This document shows positions 9,042-19,731 of a stretch of DNA of 64,000 bases, piece after piece. Location: NCBI GenBank assembly GCA_030599585.1, contig JAUVNS010000005.1:32001-96000 (forward strand), in the 5' to 3' direction. Numbering within the stretch: position 1 is the first letter of the stretch; each line of letters begins with the position of its first letter. Source of the DNA: Promethearchaeota archaeon (lineage in GTDB: Archaea > Asgardarchaeota > Lokiarchaeia > Sigyniarchaeales > SOKP01). A program made the translations under genes and the position numbers. The notes beneath the pieces were generated by a model. That model was not told the DNA's origin. It saw only the letters and a program-made list of their open reading frames with translations, and did no database searches.

Positions 9042-10481
9042 CTAGTTCAAAAAATTACTCCAATTTGAAAAATGTATGATCTCATTGTAATTCTCGATCA
9101 TACTTCTAAATATTAAAGCTCCAATGCAAAATAAGTTAGTAAAATCTGTAGCTTTTAAATTTAATACATTACTGTTGTCCTCTGATAAACCGATTCCACG
9201 ATTCACTTCTATTCTTCCATCGTACCCTGATAAATTTACAACAAATTCTTCTTTGTTTAAACCCTTAAGATATCGACCCTTTGCGATACGAGCTAATCCT
9301 CCGATTGGAATAATTTGGTTTTTGTGCAGAGCATAATATAACCGTATGTCAAATGTATGCTTATAACCTTCCCATTTAATAAGAGAAAAATTGACCTTTT
9401 CTTGAATTGTGTAAGGGAAAGGATTTCGCTTTCTTGAGAATTTTACATAGAACTCTTTTTTGCTCTCCTCTAATCTCTTCATAATCTCAATCGGCTTATG
9501 ATTTTTAAGAATTTGAATTACCCCTGCTCCTCCAGATCCTCCGCTTGGTTTAATTATAAATGATTTCTTAAAGGTTTTTATCATTATGGTTACTTTTTCG
9601 ATTAAATCCTTCTCATTGTAGGCTTTGGCAAAAACTAAACTTTCTAAATTATAGGCTTCAAGTCGATTCTTTATTAAATGGCTCGCTAAATATGTGAGGG
9701 ATTTATCATCCGTTATTTTAAAGATAGGGTTTACGATTGTGGAATTAATTTGACGATAATCTTCTCGAATCATATTATTAAATTTTTCATCGATAAATCT
9801 CCTAGCTATGCCATCTCCTATCAAAACGCTTACTTTTTCACCTAGATATCTCATTTCTGTGTCGGTAAAAGACAAAGTTTTACCTAAATGTTCATAATCG
9901 CATATCAGAAATACAATTTTTGCTTCGTAATTCTTGTCATAAGTATCGGAGTTAAAAATTTTTAGTGACAATCCTAATGATCTAATTTTCTTCCTAAAAT
10001 ATTCAACCATTATTACCTTTTCGTGAATTAGAGCATCATTTACTGGGACTCCAATTAACACTAAAATTTTTAAATCTTTATTAAACGATTTTTCTATCGC
10101 TTGAGAAATCGATTCAAAATATCCATCATATATTAAAGCTTGTTGTTTTTTGGTAAGTATTGATAGCCCTCGGTTTGAACCGCCATTGGCTTCAAGAAGA
10201 AAGAAACTTTTACTATGAGGGCTTCCACCCACCATAAAATCTATACTACCCGCATAAAAAGAAACATTATTAGGCATATAAATATCATTATGCTTAGTTA
10301 ATTTTCTCAACGCATGTTCTCTAATTCCATCTACAAAATTATCATCTTGTGATGCTCGGAGCTTAGCAAAAGAAATTAAATCAAGGCCTAGTGCTTTACC
10401 TAGTGGAATTAGTTTTAAATCAGAGTCGGTTATGTCTTTTGACATTAATTTAAGGAATTTGGTTAATAAATTTTCTTCCAA
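9042..10481 (-). CDS. Circularly permuted ATP-grasp family protein
   Basis: N-terminal IDF...LLEANGG, central IIKPSGGSGGAGV, IQE, C-terminal DIRLY..IGGLARIA..VVNLS. Confidence 0.72.
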   Translation of the reverse strand: MEENLLTKFLKLMSKDITDSDLKLIPLGKALGLDLISFAKLRASQDDNFVDGIREHALRKLTKHNDIYMPNNVSFYAGSIDFMVGGSPHSKSFFLLEANGGSNRGLSILTKKQQALIYDGYFESISQAIEKSFNKDLKILVLIGVPVNDALIHEKVIMVEYFRKKIRSLGLSLKIFNSDTYDKNYEAKIVFLICDYEHLGKTLSFTDTEMRYLGEKVSVLIGDGIARRFIDEKFNNMIREDYRQINSTIVNPIFKITDDKSLTYLASHLIKNRLEAYNLESLVFAKAYNEKDLIEKVTIMIKTFKKSFIIKPSGGSGGAGVIQILKNHKPIEIMKRLEESKKEFYVKFSRKRNPFPYTIQEKVNFSLIKWEGYKHTFDIRLYYALHKNQIIPIGGLARIAKGRYLKGLNKEEFVVNLSGYDGRIEVNRGIGLSEDNSNVLNLKATDFTNLFCIGALIFRSMIENYNEIIHFSNWSNFLN

Positions 10482-10556
10482 TTATATCACTCACTCGTGA
10501 TTTAATACCAGTTAGCCCATATTCCAATTATACTTACAATTTTTTAAAGCTTTAAA

Positions 10557-11774
10557 TTATAAATAAAGATAACCTTGGTGATTTCCTTTTATACTTAATC
10601 TGAGACTACCTAGTAGGATTTTTCTAATGCTAGTCTGCTCTTTAAAATTTAAATCCGAAAAAAGAAGAATGTACTTTTTCTCCAAATTAATTACGAAAAG
10701 TAGACATATTCTAATAAGCTTCGAATCCTCTGTTAATAGCGCAGAAATCACGTAATGGTAAGGGAGAGTCCTTAAGTCATTGATATTGATTTCTTCTTCT
10801 GTGACTTTATCTTCCTCTTGGTTATACCCTGCTTTAATGAATTTAATTCCTTCTAAGGGTATCGATATTTTTCTAAAATTTTCTAAAACTTTTGCGAATT
10901 GACTCTGCCGTAAAAACCTTCTTTCTTCCTTATCTTTTTCGTAGAAATATTTATTTTCTTCCTTTAAATAGAATATCGTTCTTTTCTTCGATTTAGATGC
11001 GTTCTTTTCAATTTCTCCTAACTCTTCGATAGTATCATCGTGAAATACAATTAAAATATCAGGATCAACGGTGTTTATAAAAAAGTTCTTATATATTACT
11101 CCTGCCTCAGTTTTTATCCATCCATCGCTATCAATAAGTACGATATCTACATTTTCATGCTTGGATAAAAATTTATTTATTAATTCAACACACGAATGAG
11201 CTATAATAAATTTGAAATTTGCCTTTGGGAAGGTGCTTCCAATAAATACTGTTTCTTCAGCAAGAATTTCAGCGCTCGAAACGATGTCCTTATTAACTTC
11301 TCCAATGTTAAGAGTTGTAGGAAGGTATAATAATTGCTGTCCTAAATCAGAATCCAGGAAACCTGCTTTCATTCCTTCTTTATGGATGTTATTTGCAAGG
11401 TATTTGATGAGAGTCGTTTTACCACTGCTCAAGCCTAAAACCATCAGTTTTAAGGGGTTTTTTCCCTCATTTTTCCGAATCGCATTAATAACGGATTCCT
11501 TAATTTTAACCCATTCTTTGTTAATGGTGTTTCCTTCAATTATTTCTATATTATCTCTACTATTCGTAAAAATTTCTAATTTCGATGGCTCCAGTGCAAA
11601 TAACGGATAACTATTAGCACTGGGTACAATAATAGTATTTTCTACCTCACTTTTTTTTGGTGAAAACTCCTTTCCAAACACTTCAACCTTTCCTTCTAAT
11701 AAAGTAACTCTTGAAGGTCCTTTTACCAAAAGAGTGTGATCTTTTTGCACTTCTTGAATCATAATTTTCCTCAA
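10557..11774 (-). CDS. Clp1/Grc3/Nol9-family polynucleotide 5'-kinase
   Basis: TLLVKGP N-domain, SSGKTT, DSDLGQ, IDSDGW, RRFLR. Confidence 0.85.
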   Translation of the reverse strand: MRKIMIQEVQKDHTLLVKGPSRVTLLEGKVEVFGKEFSPKKSEVENTIIVPSANSYPLFALEPSKLEIFTNSRDNIEIIEGNTINKEWVKIKESVINAIRKNEGKNPLKLMVLGLSSGKTTLIKYLANNIHKEGMKAGFLDSDLGQQLLYLPTTLNIGEVNKDIVSSAEILAEETVFIGSTFPKANFKFIIAHSCVELINKFLSKHENVDIVLIDSDGWIKTEAGVIYKNFFINTVDPDILIVFHDDTIEELGEIEKNASKSKKRTIFYLKEENKYFYEKDKEERRFLRQSQFAKVLENFRKISIPLEGIKFIKAGYNQEEDKVTEEEININDLRTLPYHYVISALLTEDSKLIRICLLFVINLEKKYILLFSDLNFKEQTSIRKILLGSLRLSIKGNHQGYLYL

Positions 11775-11907
11775 ATCATCCCATATGATATGATAATTAT
11801 TTCTCTCCTTACATTTTATACTTATTAACTAAAAGAAATATACTTTTTCTTTCCTACTGAAATTTTTAGTTATATATATGTATCATTTTCGTAAAGACAA
11901 TGGATTT

Positions 11908-12435
11908 TTACTTCTTAAATTCTTTATAACAAGGGATGCACATATTTTTGTCTTGATAATTCATCATCCGGCTGTCCATTGTAAGTTCTCCGCAAATCTC
12001 GCAAAGTACTGATTCTTCTATTTGAGCCATCATAGGAGGGTCATATTCAATATTTCTAATTTCAAAAACATCTTCAGGTTTCAAACCAAGAAACTTCTGA
12101 ATTTTCTCATCCCTTGTCAATTTATTATTATTTAAAATAGACTTTTTTAAAGCTAACCTAACCCCTTTTTGGTTTTTTCTACTGTAGATGCTATAGTTGT
12201 TTTTGCCATAATCTTTATGAATTAAATTGCCTTTACCATAGGTGGTACCTAACAAAACTTGGAGCGCATCAACGCTACAGTTGTCAGTTTCGACAACAGC
12301 TACTAGTTCTTCATCAGAGGAGTGCTCAAATCCATGTTCTAAAGCATATTTAGCAACCAACACGCCAATAGCAATTCCAGGACAAATATGTCCATGAAAT
12401 ATCGTAGCTTTTTTCATTAACTCTTTAATTTCCAC
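11908..12435 (-). CDS. FmdE/FwdE-family protein with C-terminal Zn finger
   Basis: FHGHICPG, ETDNCSVDALQ, CEICGE...CIPC. Confidence 0.87.
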   Translation of the reverse strand: MEIKELMKKATIFHGHICPGIAIGVLVAKYALEHGFEHSSDEELVAVVETDNCSVDALQVLLGTTYGKGNLIHKDYGKNNYSIYSRKNQKGVRLALKKSILNNNKLTRDEKIQKFLGLKPEDVFEIRNIEYDPPMMAQIEESVLCEICGELTMDSRMMNYQDKNMCIPCYKEFKK

Positions 12436-12519
12436 TTTAAATCAGTATATTATTTTAGATTTAAAAAAAATATCAAATATATTAATTTATTTTATGACTT
12501 AAATATAATTGTACTAGGT

Positions 12520-13011
12520 ATGAAATTTCTTGCAGATGCAATGTTAGGAAAACTCGCGCGATTCTTACGAATTTTTGGATACGATACAATTTATGCGAGT
12601 GATCTAATAGATCATTATCACGCTAATCCCGTTCCGGATAAAAAAATAAATGAATATGCTTTATGGAGCAATAGAATTGTAATAACTAAGGATTTACAAT
12701 TCTATAAAGAAATTAAAGAAAACGCAATAATATTAGAAGGGGAAGGCGTATATAATTACTTAAATCAACTTAAACGTAAGTTAAATTTAGATTATGATTT
12801 TAACATGGAAAAGACAAGATGCTCTGTTTGTAATACAACGTTAAAGAAGGTAAATAATAAGAATTCGATAGAACAATTTGTTAAATGTGAAACTTTTAAA
12901 AACTATAATGAGTTTTTTCAATGCACTAATAAAAGATGTCAGAAAGTATTTTGGAATGGACCACATATAGCGGATATTATTAGAAAAATACAGAATATGA
13001 CCGAAAACTAA
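12520..13011 (+). CDS. Mut7-C RNase (PIN-like) domain protein
   Basis: FLADAMLGKLARFLRIFGYD, RCSVCN, C..C.KVFWNGPH. Confidence 0.88.
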   Translation: MKFLADAMLGKLARFLRIFGYDTIYASDLIDHYHANPVPDKKINEYALWSNRIVITKDLQFYKEIKENAIILEGEGVYNYLNQLKRKLNLDYDFNMEKTRCSVCNTTLKKVNNKNSIEQFVKCETFKNYNEFFQCTNKRCQKVFWNGPHIADIIRKIQNMTEN

Positions 13012-13253
13012 GTCTTAGTGCTTGTGAAGAAGTTCTTTTTTATGTCATCAAACTTAACTTTTACTTTCTCAGCTTCATCTTTTGCGCCTCCTTTTTTAAA
13101 CAATCCGTGTGCTTGCGAAAGTAGCTCAAGACTTTTTTTGTATTCTCTATTCTTAAAATGGTTTTCTGAAAGTTCAACTAAATATTGCCCTTTCTTAACA
13201 TAAAACGCTAGGAACTGGGCAGATGTATCTATTTTCCGACTCAAATTAAACAC
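13008..13253 (-). CDS. Small helical (TPR-like) hypothetical protein
   Basis: Helical pattern YKKSLELLSQAHGLFKKGG; co-oriented downstream of the oxidoreductase. Confidence 0.55.
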   Translation of the reverse strand: MFNLSRKIDTSAQFLAFYVKKGQYLVELSENHFKNREYKKSLELLSQAHGLFKKGGAKDEAEKVKVKFDDIKKNFFTSTKT

Positions 13254-13317
13254 TTTTTTTTTTTCTAAGTATATTTATCTAATAAAGCTAGAGTAATTAA
13301 AAATTTGCATTTTCCGA

Positions 13318-14748
13318 TTAAATTAATCTCATTCGGAACTCATTCATCTCAATGACTGAATTTTTAACTCTGGCTTTATTTGCAGCAAACGCCATGAGAT
13401 GACTTTCAATAGTCTCGTTGGCGTTTGTTAGAGGTTGAGATTTTTCTGGGTTAGTAAGCGTTTCTAAAAAAGAATCTACTAGAGAAAAATCTCCTCCTCC
13501 ATGACCAGAATAATCAATTGATAGTTTTTCAGAAAAAATCTCCTTAGATGTGCCTGTAAAATGATTATAAATTGTAATTTTTTGTCCAGAATCAAAGAAT
13601 TCTCCAATTAAAGTAGCTTTAGTTCCATCAATTCGCAGAGTCCTCCCTTCTCTCTCACTAAATCCATGAACTATAAGATTTGCTGTAACATTATTTTCAA
13701 ACTCAATATTTACTACTTGATGGTCAATTACATTATTATCGCACTTATATACACATCTTCCATAGGGACTCGTTCTTAATATTCTCATTTTAGTTTCGTC
13801 AGAATAATCTTCACTCGCCTCTTCAGGCAATCCCGAATACAGCGGTTCTACTGGCCAATCTCTCCAATATCTCAAACTTTGTAATAATTTGATTGGTTTA
13901 CTTAGTACGGCTAATATTTTTTGATGTTTTTTTCTTAAATTAGCAAGAATTTTAAACTTTTTTATTTCACTTTTTTCTAAGATTTGAGTTATTGGTACAA
14001 TGTTAATATATATTCTTGGAGCGTAATACAAACAAGTATCTTCTATAGGACACCCTTCCACACAATAATCGGGAGAACTTATAGGTGCGTTTATCGATTT
14101 AAAATGTAGAAGACTTCCAAATGAACTTATTCTTTTTGGTAAAGCTTCTACCATCCAATAAAGCAAATCTAAATCGTGGCAACATTTTGCAAGTATCATA
14201 GGGGATGATTCATTCACATTCCGCCAGTTGCCCCTAACAAAACTATGGGCGAAATGATACCAACTAACATTTTCCCTGTGTGAAATGTTAATAATATTTC
14301 CTAATGACCCTTCACTTATTGTTTTCTTAATTGTAGAAAAAAATGCTGTGTATCTTAATACGTGGCAGACTCCTAAGATTCTCCCTGTCTTTTTAACACC
14401 TTCTATGATTTTATAGCAACCTTCGAGAGTGTGTGCCATAGGTTTTTCCAATAAAATGTCATAACCTTTTTCGAGAGCATTTAAAGTAGGTTCTACATGC
14501 ATTTGGTCTTGAGTACAGACGAAAACCACGTCAGCAAATTTGGCCTCTTGTAATAAGGGCTCCCAACTATCATAACAACGCTCTGAAGCAATATTATGAA
14601 GTTTTGCAAACTTATCTCTCCTATAAGTAATTGGCTCTGCGACAGCTATAAAATTTAATTTGTTAGGATATCTTAAAGCGTAATTACCGTAAGCGGTCAT
14701 TCCTCTATTTCCGGCTCCAATTAAAATCGCTGTGGTTTGTTTTTCCAT
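13318..14748 (-). CDS. Gfo/Idh/MocA-family oxidoreductase
   Basis: GAGNRG, EKPMA, KCCHDLD, GHGGGD. Confidence 0.9.
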   Translation of the reverse strand: MEKQTTAILIGAGNRGMTAYGNYALRYPNKLNFIAVAEPITYRRDKFAKLHNIASERCYDSWEPLLQEAKFADVVFVCTQDQMHVEPTLNALEKGYDILLEKPMAHTLEGCYKIIEGVKKTGRILGVCHVLRYTAFFSTIKKTISEGSLGNIINISHRENVSWYHFAHSFVRGNWRNVNESSPMILAKCCHDLDLLYWMVEALPKRISSFGSLLHFKSINAPISSPDYCVEGCPIEDTCLYYAPRIYINIVPITQILEKSEIKKFKILANLRKKHQKILAVLSKPIKLLQSLRYWRDWPVEPLYSGLPEEASEDYSDETKMRILRTSPYGRCVYKCDNNVIDHQVVNIEFENNVTANLIVHGFSEREGRTLRIDGTKATLIGEFFDSGQKITIYNHFTGTSKEIFSEKLSIDYSGHGGGDFSLVDSFLETLTNPEKSQPLTNANETIESHLMAFAANKARVKNSVIEMNEFRMRLI

Positions 14749-14763
14749 TTTTCATCAAAAGTG

Positions 14764-15885
14764 TTAATTCTCTAACACGCTCGGTATTTTTCCTTCAATT
14801 AATAATTGATCTAAAAATACTATCGCTAATATTGATTCTACTACTACGACTGCTCTTGGAACTATGCAAGGGTCATGGTCCCCTTCTAATTCGATTTCAG
14901 TTTCTTTCATTGTTCTAAAATTGACAGTTTTTTGCCGCATTCCTATAGATGCCGTTGGTTTTATAGCGACTCGTAAAGTTATAGGCATTCCTGTAGAAAT
15001 GCCCCCAATTATCCCTCCTGAATCGTTTTTTAAGGTCGATATCTCCCCATTTTTTATAATCCAAGGATCGTTGTGTTCTGATCCCTTCATATTCGCAACT
15101 TTAAAACCAGCGCCAAATTCTATACCTTTGATTGCCGGGATCGCAAAAATGGCTCTACTAATCTTAGCTTCAAGGCTATTGAAGACTGGCCCACCAATAC
15201 CCGGTGGAATATTTTTAACAACACACTTTATACTTCCACCTACTGAGTCCTTCAAATTTTTAACGGATTCGATTTCATTTTCCATTTTTATTGATAATTT
15301 CGCATTTAGAGATTTTACAAGAGATTTTTCCCTTATTTTAACAAGTTGCTCAAAATTATCTTCAGAATACTCAGTTGGGTCTGTTATTTTTCCAATACTC
15401 TCTGTATATGCAAATGTAAAGATGTTGAATTTGTTTAAAATCAATTTCGCGATTGCACCTGCCATTACAAATCCAGCAGTTATTCTCCCTGAAAACCTTC
15501 CTGATCCACGATAATCCGCAAATCCCCCATATTTCTTTATTGAAACATAATCTACATGAGAAGGTCTTAAAAATTCTTTAAATTTATCGTATTTTGTTGA
15601 ATCAAATGATTGGTTTTTGATAATTAAACAAATTGGAGCTCCAGTTGTTTTATCTTTAAAAATTCCCGATAGAACCTCAACTTTGTCTGATTCTTTACGG
15701 GCTGTAGCCAAGTGCGATTGCCCAGGTTTTCGTTTATCTAATTCATGTTGAATAAATTCTAAATCAAAATTTAATCCCGCGGGTGTACCATCAATCAAAA
15801 CTCCAATTACTTTACCATGACTCTCTCCAAAAGAAGAAATTTTAAATCTTGTTCCTAACGTGTTATCTCCCATTATAACCATCAT
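14764..15885 (-). CDS. aroC: Chorismate synthase
   Basis: NTLG, FGESHG, RPSHVD, SGRITA, GGIIGGISTG, KPTASI, HDPCIVPRA. Confidence 0.95.
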   Translation of the reverse strand: MMVIMGDNTLGTRFKISSFGESHGKVIGVLIDGTPAGLNFDLEFIQHELDKRKPGQSHLATARKESDKVEVLSGIFKDKTTGAPICLIIKNQSFDSTKYDKFKEFLRPSHVDYVSIKKYGGFADYRGSGRFSGRITAGFVMAGAIAKLILNKFNIFTFAYTESIGKITDPTEYSEDNFEQLVKIREKSLVKSLNAKLSIKMENEIESVKNLKDSVGGSIKCVVKNIPPGIGGPVFNSLEAKISRAIFAIPAIKGIEFGAGFKVANMKGSEHNDPWIIKNGEISTLKNDSGGIIGGISTGMPITLRVAIKPTASIGMRQKTVNFRTMKETEIELEGDHDPCIVPRAVVVVESILAIVFLDQLLIEGKIPSVLEN

Positions 15886-16080
15886 AGATGTAATATATTT
15901 GAACCATATTCATTACATAGGTCAATTAATATATAATGAGTAGTCTGCGCTTATTATGTTTTGTGAATCTTATAATTTATGTTATCCATATCTATTTAAA
16001 CTTAATATACTAATAAAAACAAAATTATATTGAAAGCCTTCATTTATTTTTACTTAGCATCCATTTAAATCAATCAGAAT

Positions 16081-17415
16081 ATGAAAAAAATGAAACTTAG
16101 AATAGCTCCAACAAAAAAACTTAGTGGTACTATAAATGCTCCACCATCTAAGAGTTACTCTCATCGTGCTTTTATCGCTTCTAGCTTAACAAAGGGAGTT
16201 TCAATTATTAAAAACCCTTTAATTTCTGGTGATGTTGGTGTGACGATTAAAATTTTAGAAGCGTTAGGCAATAAAGTGTCAAAAGCATCAAACAATTCCT
16301 TTATTGTTAAAAGCAACTATAAAAATTACAAATCAATTAAAAATTTGTTAGATTGCGGGAATTCTGGTACGTCTATCAGAATATTTACTGCACTTGCAAT
16401 GTTAATTGATGGTGGGTTGTCTTTTACCGGGGAATTCATAAAAAGGAAGCGACCGATTATTCCCTTATTGGATGCATTAGAAAATATTGGATGTGATTAT
16501 AGATTAACCGAAAAAGAATTAAAGGTAAAGCGTAAAGGAAAAAAATGTGATGTTATAAAAATTCCTGGAGATATTAGTTCCCAGTTTGTTTCAGCTCTAC
16601 TTATGATGTGTCCTTTGTTAGATTGCAAGAAAAGAAATTCAATCATTGTAGAAGTTACATCTCCCATAACTTCTTATCCATATGTTAAAATCACTTTGGA
16701 TGTATTAAGCTCATTTGGTATTAAAGTTCAAGAGAAAATAAACGATGAGAAAGTAGGTTCATATTTAATTGCATGTCAGCAAAACTATAGAGCCCAAACG
16801 TACGAAATACCTGGTGATTTTTCTTCGATTTCGTTTATACTAGCCGCCACAATATTAACTCCTGAAGAATCACAGGTTGTTATAAAAAATTTAAATTTCG
16901 AAAAACCTCAAGGAGATCAAAGAATTATTGAGATTTTACAAGAAATGGGTGCGAATATCAAGACTATGAAAGAAAATAATTGTCTTATCGTAAATGGTGG
17001 TATTAATCAGAATCCTTTGACTGGTATAACGATAGATATCAAAGACACTCCCGATTTATTTCCAATATTATCGATTATTGGAGCATATGCTAAGGGTAAG
17101 ACAGAAATATACAATGCGTTAAATCTTAGAAAAAAAGAAAGCGATAGAATTTCGATAATTGCTAAAGAATTAAGTAAAATGGGTGTCAAAGTGATTGAGG
17201 AAAATGATAAGATCACAATTTATCACTGCAAGGAATTAAGAGGAACTTCCTTTAATCATGAAAATGATCATAGAATTGCGATGTCTTTAACCATAGCAAG
17301 CTTATTTGCTCAAGGCACATCCTTAATTGAAAACATTGAGATTGTGGAAGATTCATACCCGAATTTCGTAGATCACATAAAAAAATTAGGCGCAAATGTA
17401 AACTTGGTAGAATAA
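16081..17415 (+). CDS. aroA: 3-phosphoshikimate 1-carboxyvinyltransferase (EPSP synthase)
   Basis: PPSKSYSHR, GNSGTSIR, SSQF, KESDRI, DHRIAM. Confidence 0.95.
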   Translation: MKKMKLRIAPTKKLSGTINAPPSKSYSHRAFIASSLTKGVSIIKNPLISGDVGVTIKILEALGNKVSKASNNSFIVKSNYKNYKSIKNLLDCGNSGTSIRIFTALAMLIDGGLSFTGEFIKRKRPIIPLLDALENIGCDYRLTEKELKVKRKGKKCDVIKIPGDISSQFVSALLMMCPLLDCKKRNSIIVEVTSPITSYPYVKITLDVLSSFGIKVQEKINDEKVGSYLIACQQNYRAQTYEIPGDFSSISFILAATILTPEESQVVIKNLNFEKPQGDQRIIEILQEMGANIKTMKENNCLIVNGGINQNPLTGITIDIKDTPDLFPILSIIGAYAKGKTEIYNALNLRKKESDRISIIAKELSKMGVKVIEENDKITIYHCKELRGTSFNHENDHRIAMSLTIASLFAQGTSLIENIEIVEDSYPNFVDHIKKLGANVNLVE

Positions 17416-17431
17416 TTCACATTAAAATAAA

Positions 17432-17848
17432 TTATCTAAACGATTTTTGTCGTCTAGCCCTTGCTTTTTTTCCCCCAAAATGTTTAGGTTCAGTTCTTCT
17501 TGAATCTCCTGAGAGAAGAGATTCATCGTATTCTCTGAAAGATTTTTCAATTGTTTTCGTTCCAATAAATTTATTTAACGATTTAGCGATTGCTATTCGA
17601 ACCGCATCAGTTTGTCCCATTTTTCCACCGCCTCTTACTCTAACCGAAATGTCACATTTTTCTATTTTAGGGTGGTCGATAACATCTAATACTTCTTGAA
17701 TGCGCATTCTTCCTATATCCGGTTCATAATTTTCTAAAGGTACATTATTTATCTTTATTTGTCCTTTAGCCGGATACTTTAAAACTGCTCTAGCGATCGC
17801 TGTTTTTCTCTTACCCGAAGATTGTATTACTTTTGTTCTTTCAGACAT
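17432..17848 (-). CDS. rps9: 30S ribosomal protein uS9
   Basis: GKRKTAIARA, GGGKMGQ, KARARRQKSFR. Confidence 0.97.
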   Translation of the reverse strand: MSERTKVIQSSGKRKTAIARAVLKYPAKGQIKINNVPLENYEPDIGRMRIQEVLDVIDHPKIEKCDISVRVRGGGKMGQTDAVRIAIAKSLNKFIGTKTIEKSFREYDESLLSGDSRRTEPKHFGGKKARARRQKSFR

Positions 17849-17853
17849 AATTT

Positions 17854-18324
17854 TTAGGCCTCAATTTCTAATTTATTCCATCCTATTCTCAAACAAAGAT
17901 TTTCTAAAGTAATAAATTTGTTGTAATAAGAAAGTCTTTTCTTTTCTGAATTCGGTATATCTGTTGGTATTAAATTCTGATACCTCTTTTGGAAGCGATC
18001 AGGAATTCCTTCGATATATATATGAACTCTTTTTAATGCATCCTTACCCCTAATTTTTTTTGTAGGGAGCATTTTTTTTATTACATTCCTCATAAAGGTA
18101 TCAGGGCGTCTAGGCCAGAAAGGACCACGCCTTGGATTAGTTGCTGTACTTATATTCAGCTTTTCTAGATATTTATTGTGAATATTTTGCTTAGTACCAC
18201 TTATGATTGCATCTTTAGCATTAATAATGACAATTTTTTCACCAAGTAATGCCTTTTTTGCTGCTTGGCTACAAAATCTTCCTAAAATTTTATCCTTAGC
18301 ATCCAATAAAAGATATTCCTGCAT
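17854..18324 (-). CDS. rpl13: 50S ribosomal protein uL13
   Basis: DAKDKILGR, GPFWPRRPD, MLP; conserved operon position. Confidence 0.95.
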   Translation of the reverse strand: MQEYLLLDAKDKILGRFCSQAAKKALLGEKIVIINAKDAIISGTKQNIHNKYLEKLNISTATNPRRGPFWPRRPDTFMRNVIKKMLPTKKIRGKDALKRVHIYIEGIPDRFQKRYQNLIPTDIPNSEKKRLSYYNKFITLENLCLRIGWNKLEIEA

Positions 18325-18346
18325 CTATTCTCCACCCCATTTTTTA

Positions 18347-18703
18347 CTAATAAAATACTTTAACATCTTTACCTTCAGGATTTTGTTCAAGTAATTCCTC
18401 TATTGATAATAGCTTACTTCCTGAAGTTTCTATTTTTTTTCTAGCAGTTTTGGAACAAGTTAAACAAGCTATAGTTAACTTATGGTCAATTTCGCCAATC
18501 CCTAATACTTTGCCTGGAACTACAATAACATCATTTTCTTTGGTTTTTTTGTTAATTCTATAGAGATTTGCTTCAACTTTCTCTCTTCGGGGACCTGATA
18601 ACTTTTTTGAAACCTTCTTCCAAATTCTCTGCTTAGTTTTCCATAATTCTCGGATCAGTTTTCTATTGTAATAGTTACTTGGTCCTGTAATGCGATGGCT
18701 CAT
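18347..18703 (-). CDS. rpl18e: 50S ribosomal protein eL18
   Basis: VVPGKVLGIG; position between rpo3 and rpl13. Confidence 0.95.
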   Translation of the reverse strand: MSHRITGPSNYYNRKLIRELWKTKQRIWKKVSKKLSGPRREKVEANLYRINKKTKENDVIVVPGKVLGIGEIDHKLTIACLTCSKTARKKIETSGSKLLSIEELLEQNPEGKDVKVFY

Positions 18704-18781
18704 ACTACTAAATCATTTGATTTTTTAATTTTAAAATTATAAACATTAAAATTTTTAATATTTTAATAAATTTGCGGTTGA

Positions 18782-19621
18782 TTATGATTCTATATCGAGT
18801 TCATCTAATTCTGTAACAAATTCATCGATCTTTTCGTTATAGACTTCAAAAACTTTTTTAATTAATGCGTTATATTCCAGCACACCATCACTTTCAATAG
18901 AAAAGATATAAGAATCCTCTTTTGAACTTACGCTTATCTTTTCACCAGAGTTTTTCTCACAAGAATTGCATAAAGTGCAATATTTCCAATATTCGTTCTT
19001 TAATTTGAGTGATCCATTACTAGCTAATTCGAATAATTTCTCAGGACACATTTTAATTATTAAATCATTCTCTTCTGCGTCTTTAAGTGCGCTCGCATCG
19101 AATTTTACCTCGGGATAATGTCTAAATGCCACATTCGATACAGCCTGCCATTTTGCATGGTCTTTTGCCAAACCTAAGATTGCATAGGCTTCGATAATAA
19201 CTTTATCATTTTTATCAATTTTGACGATCGGGATAAAATCGTCAACTGGTACTATTTTTGGGTCATTAGATTTCAAATCACCGGAGTAGATTTCTAATGA
19301 AGCATTGGTAGTGTTAGTAATTTCGCATGTTAAGGAAACTTGGCAGAGTGGACACCCATAACCTGAACACTCGCACTCCTTAGGGAGTTTGTACACCTCT
19401 AAATCAGTTTTAAGGGGTATTAAACCAAGTCTATGACTAATAATTTCATCATATAACGGAGAATCATTTTTCAAAATGATTACTTCGTCAATAGCCATTA
19501 CAGGTACTTCTGTAAGTATTATTCGCCTTATTGCATTTAACATTTCAACAGAAATTCCTTCAACTACTAAAACTAATCTATGTTCACTCTTTTCAAGAAT
19601 ATCAAGTTTTAAGGGTATCAT
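18782..19621 (-). CDS. rpoD: DNA-directed RNA polymerase subunit D (Rpo3)
   Basis: NAIRRI..EVP.MAID, DEIISHRLGLIPL, HAKW. Confidence 0.96.
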   Translation of the reverse strand: MIPLKLDILEKSEHRLVLVVEGISVEMLNAIRRIILTEVPVMAIDEVIILKNDSPLYDEIISHRLGLIPLKTDLEVYKLPKECECSGYGCPLCQVSLTCEITNTTNASLEIYSGDLKSNDPKIVPVDDFIPIVKIDKNDKVIIEAYAILGLAKDHAKWQAVSNVAFRHYPEVKFDASALKDAEENDLIIKMCPEKLFELASNGSLKLKNEYWKYCTLCNSCEKNSGEKISVSSKEDSYIFSIESDGVLEYNALIKKVFEVYNEKIDEFVTELDELDIES

Positions 19622-19731
19622 TTTACTTTATAACTCATTAAATAGGATATAATGCATTAACTACTTGTTAAAACGTGTAATTTAAGAAAAACTTTACTAT
19701 TTAAAACTAAGAATAATTTTAGAAAAAGGTT

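Noticed and set aside
14864-15514. Long antisense ORFs (also 41502-42080, 43389-43814, 11212-11610 and other short nested ORFs)
   Set aside because: They lie opposite well-supported genes and have no motifs; typical antisense shadows
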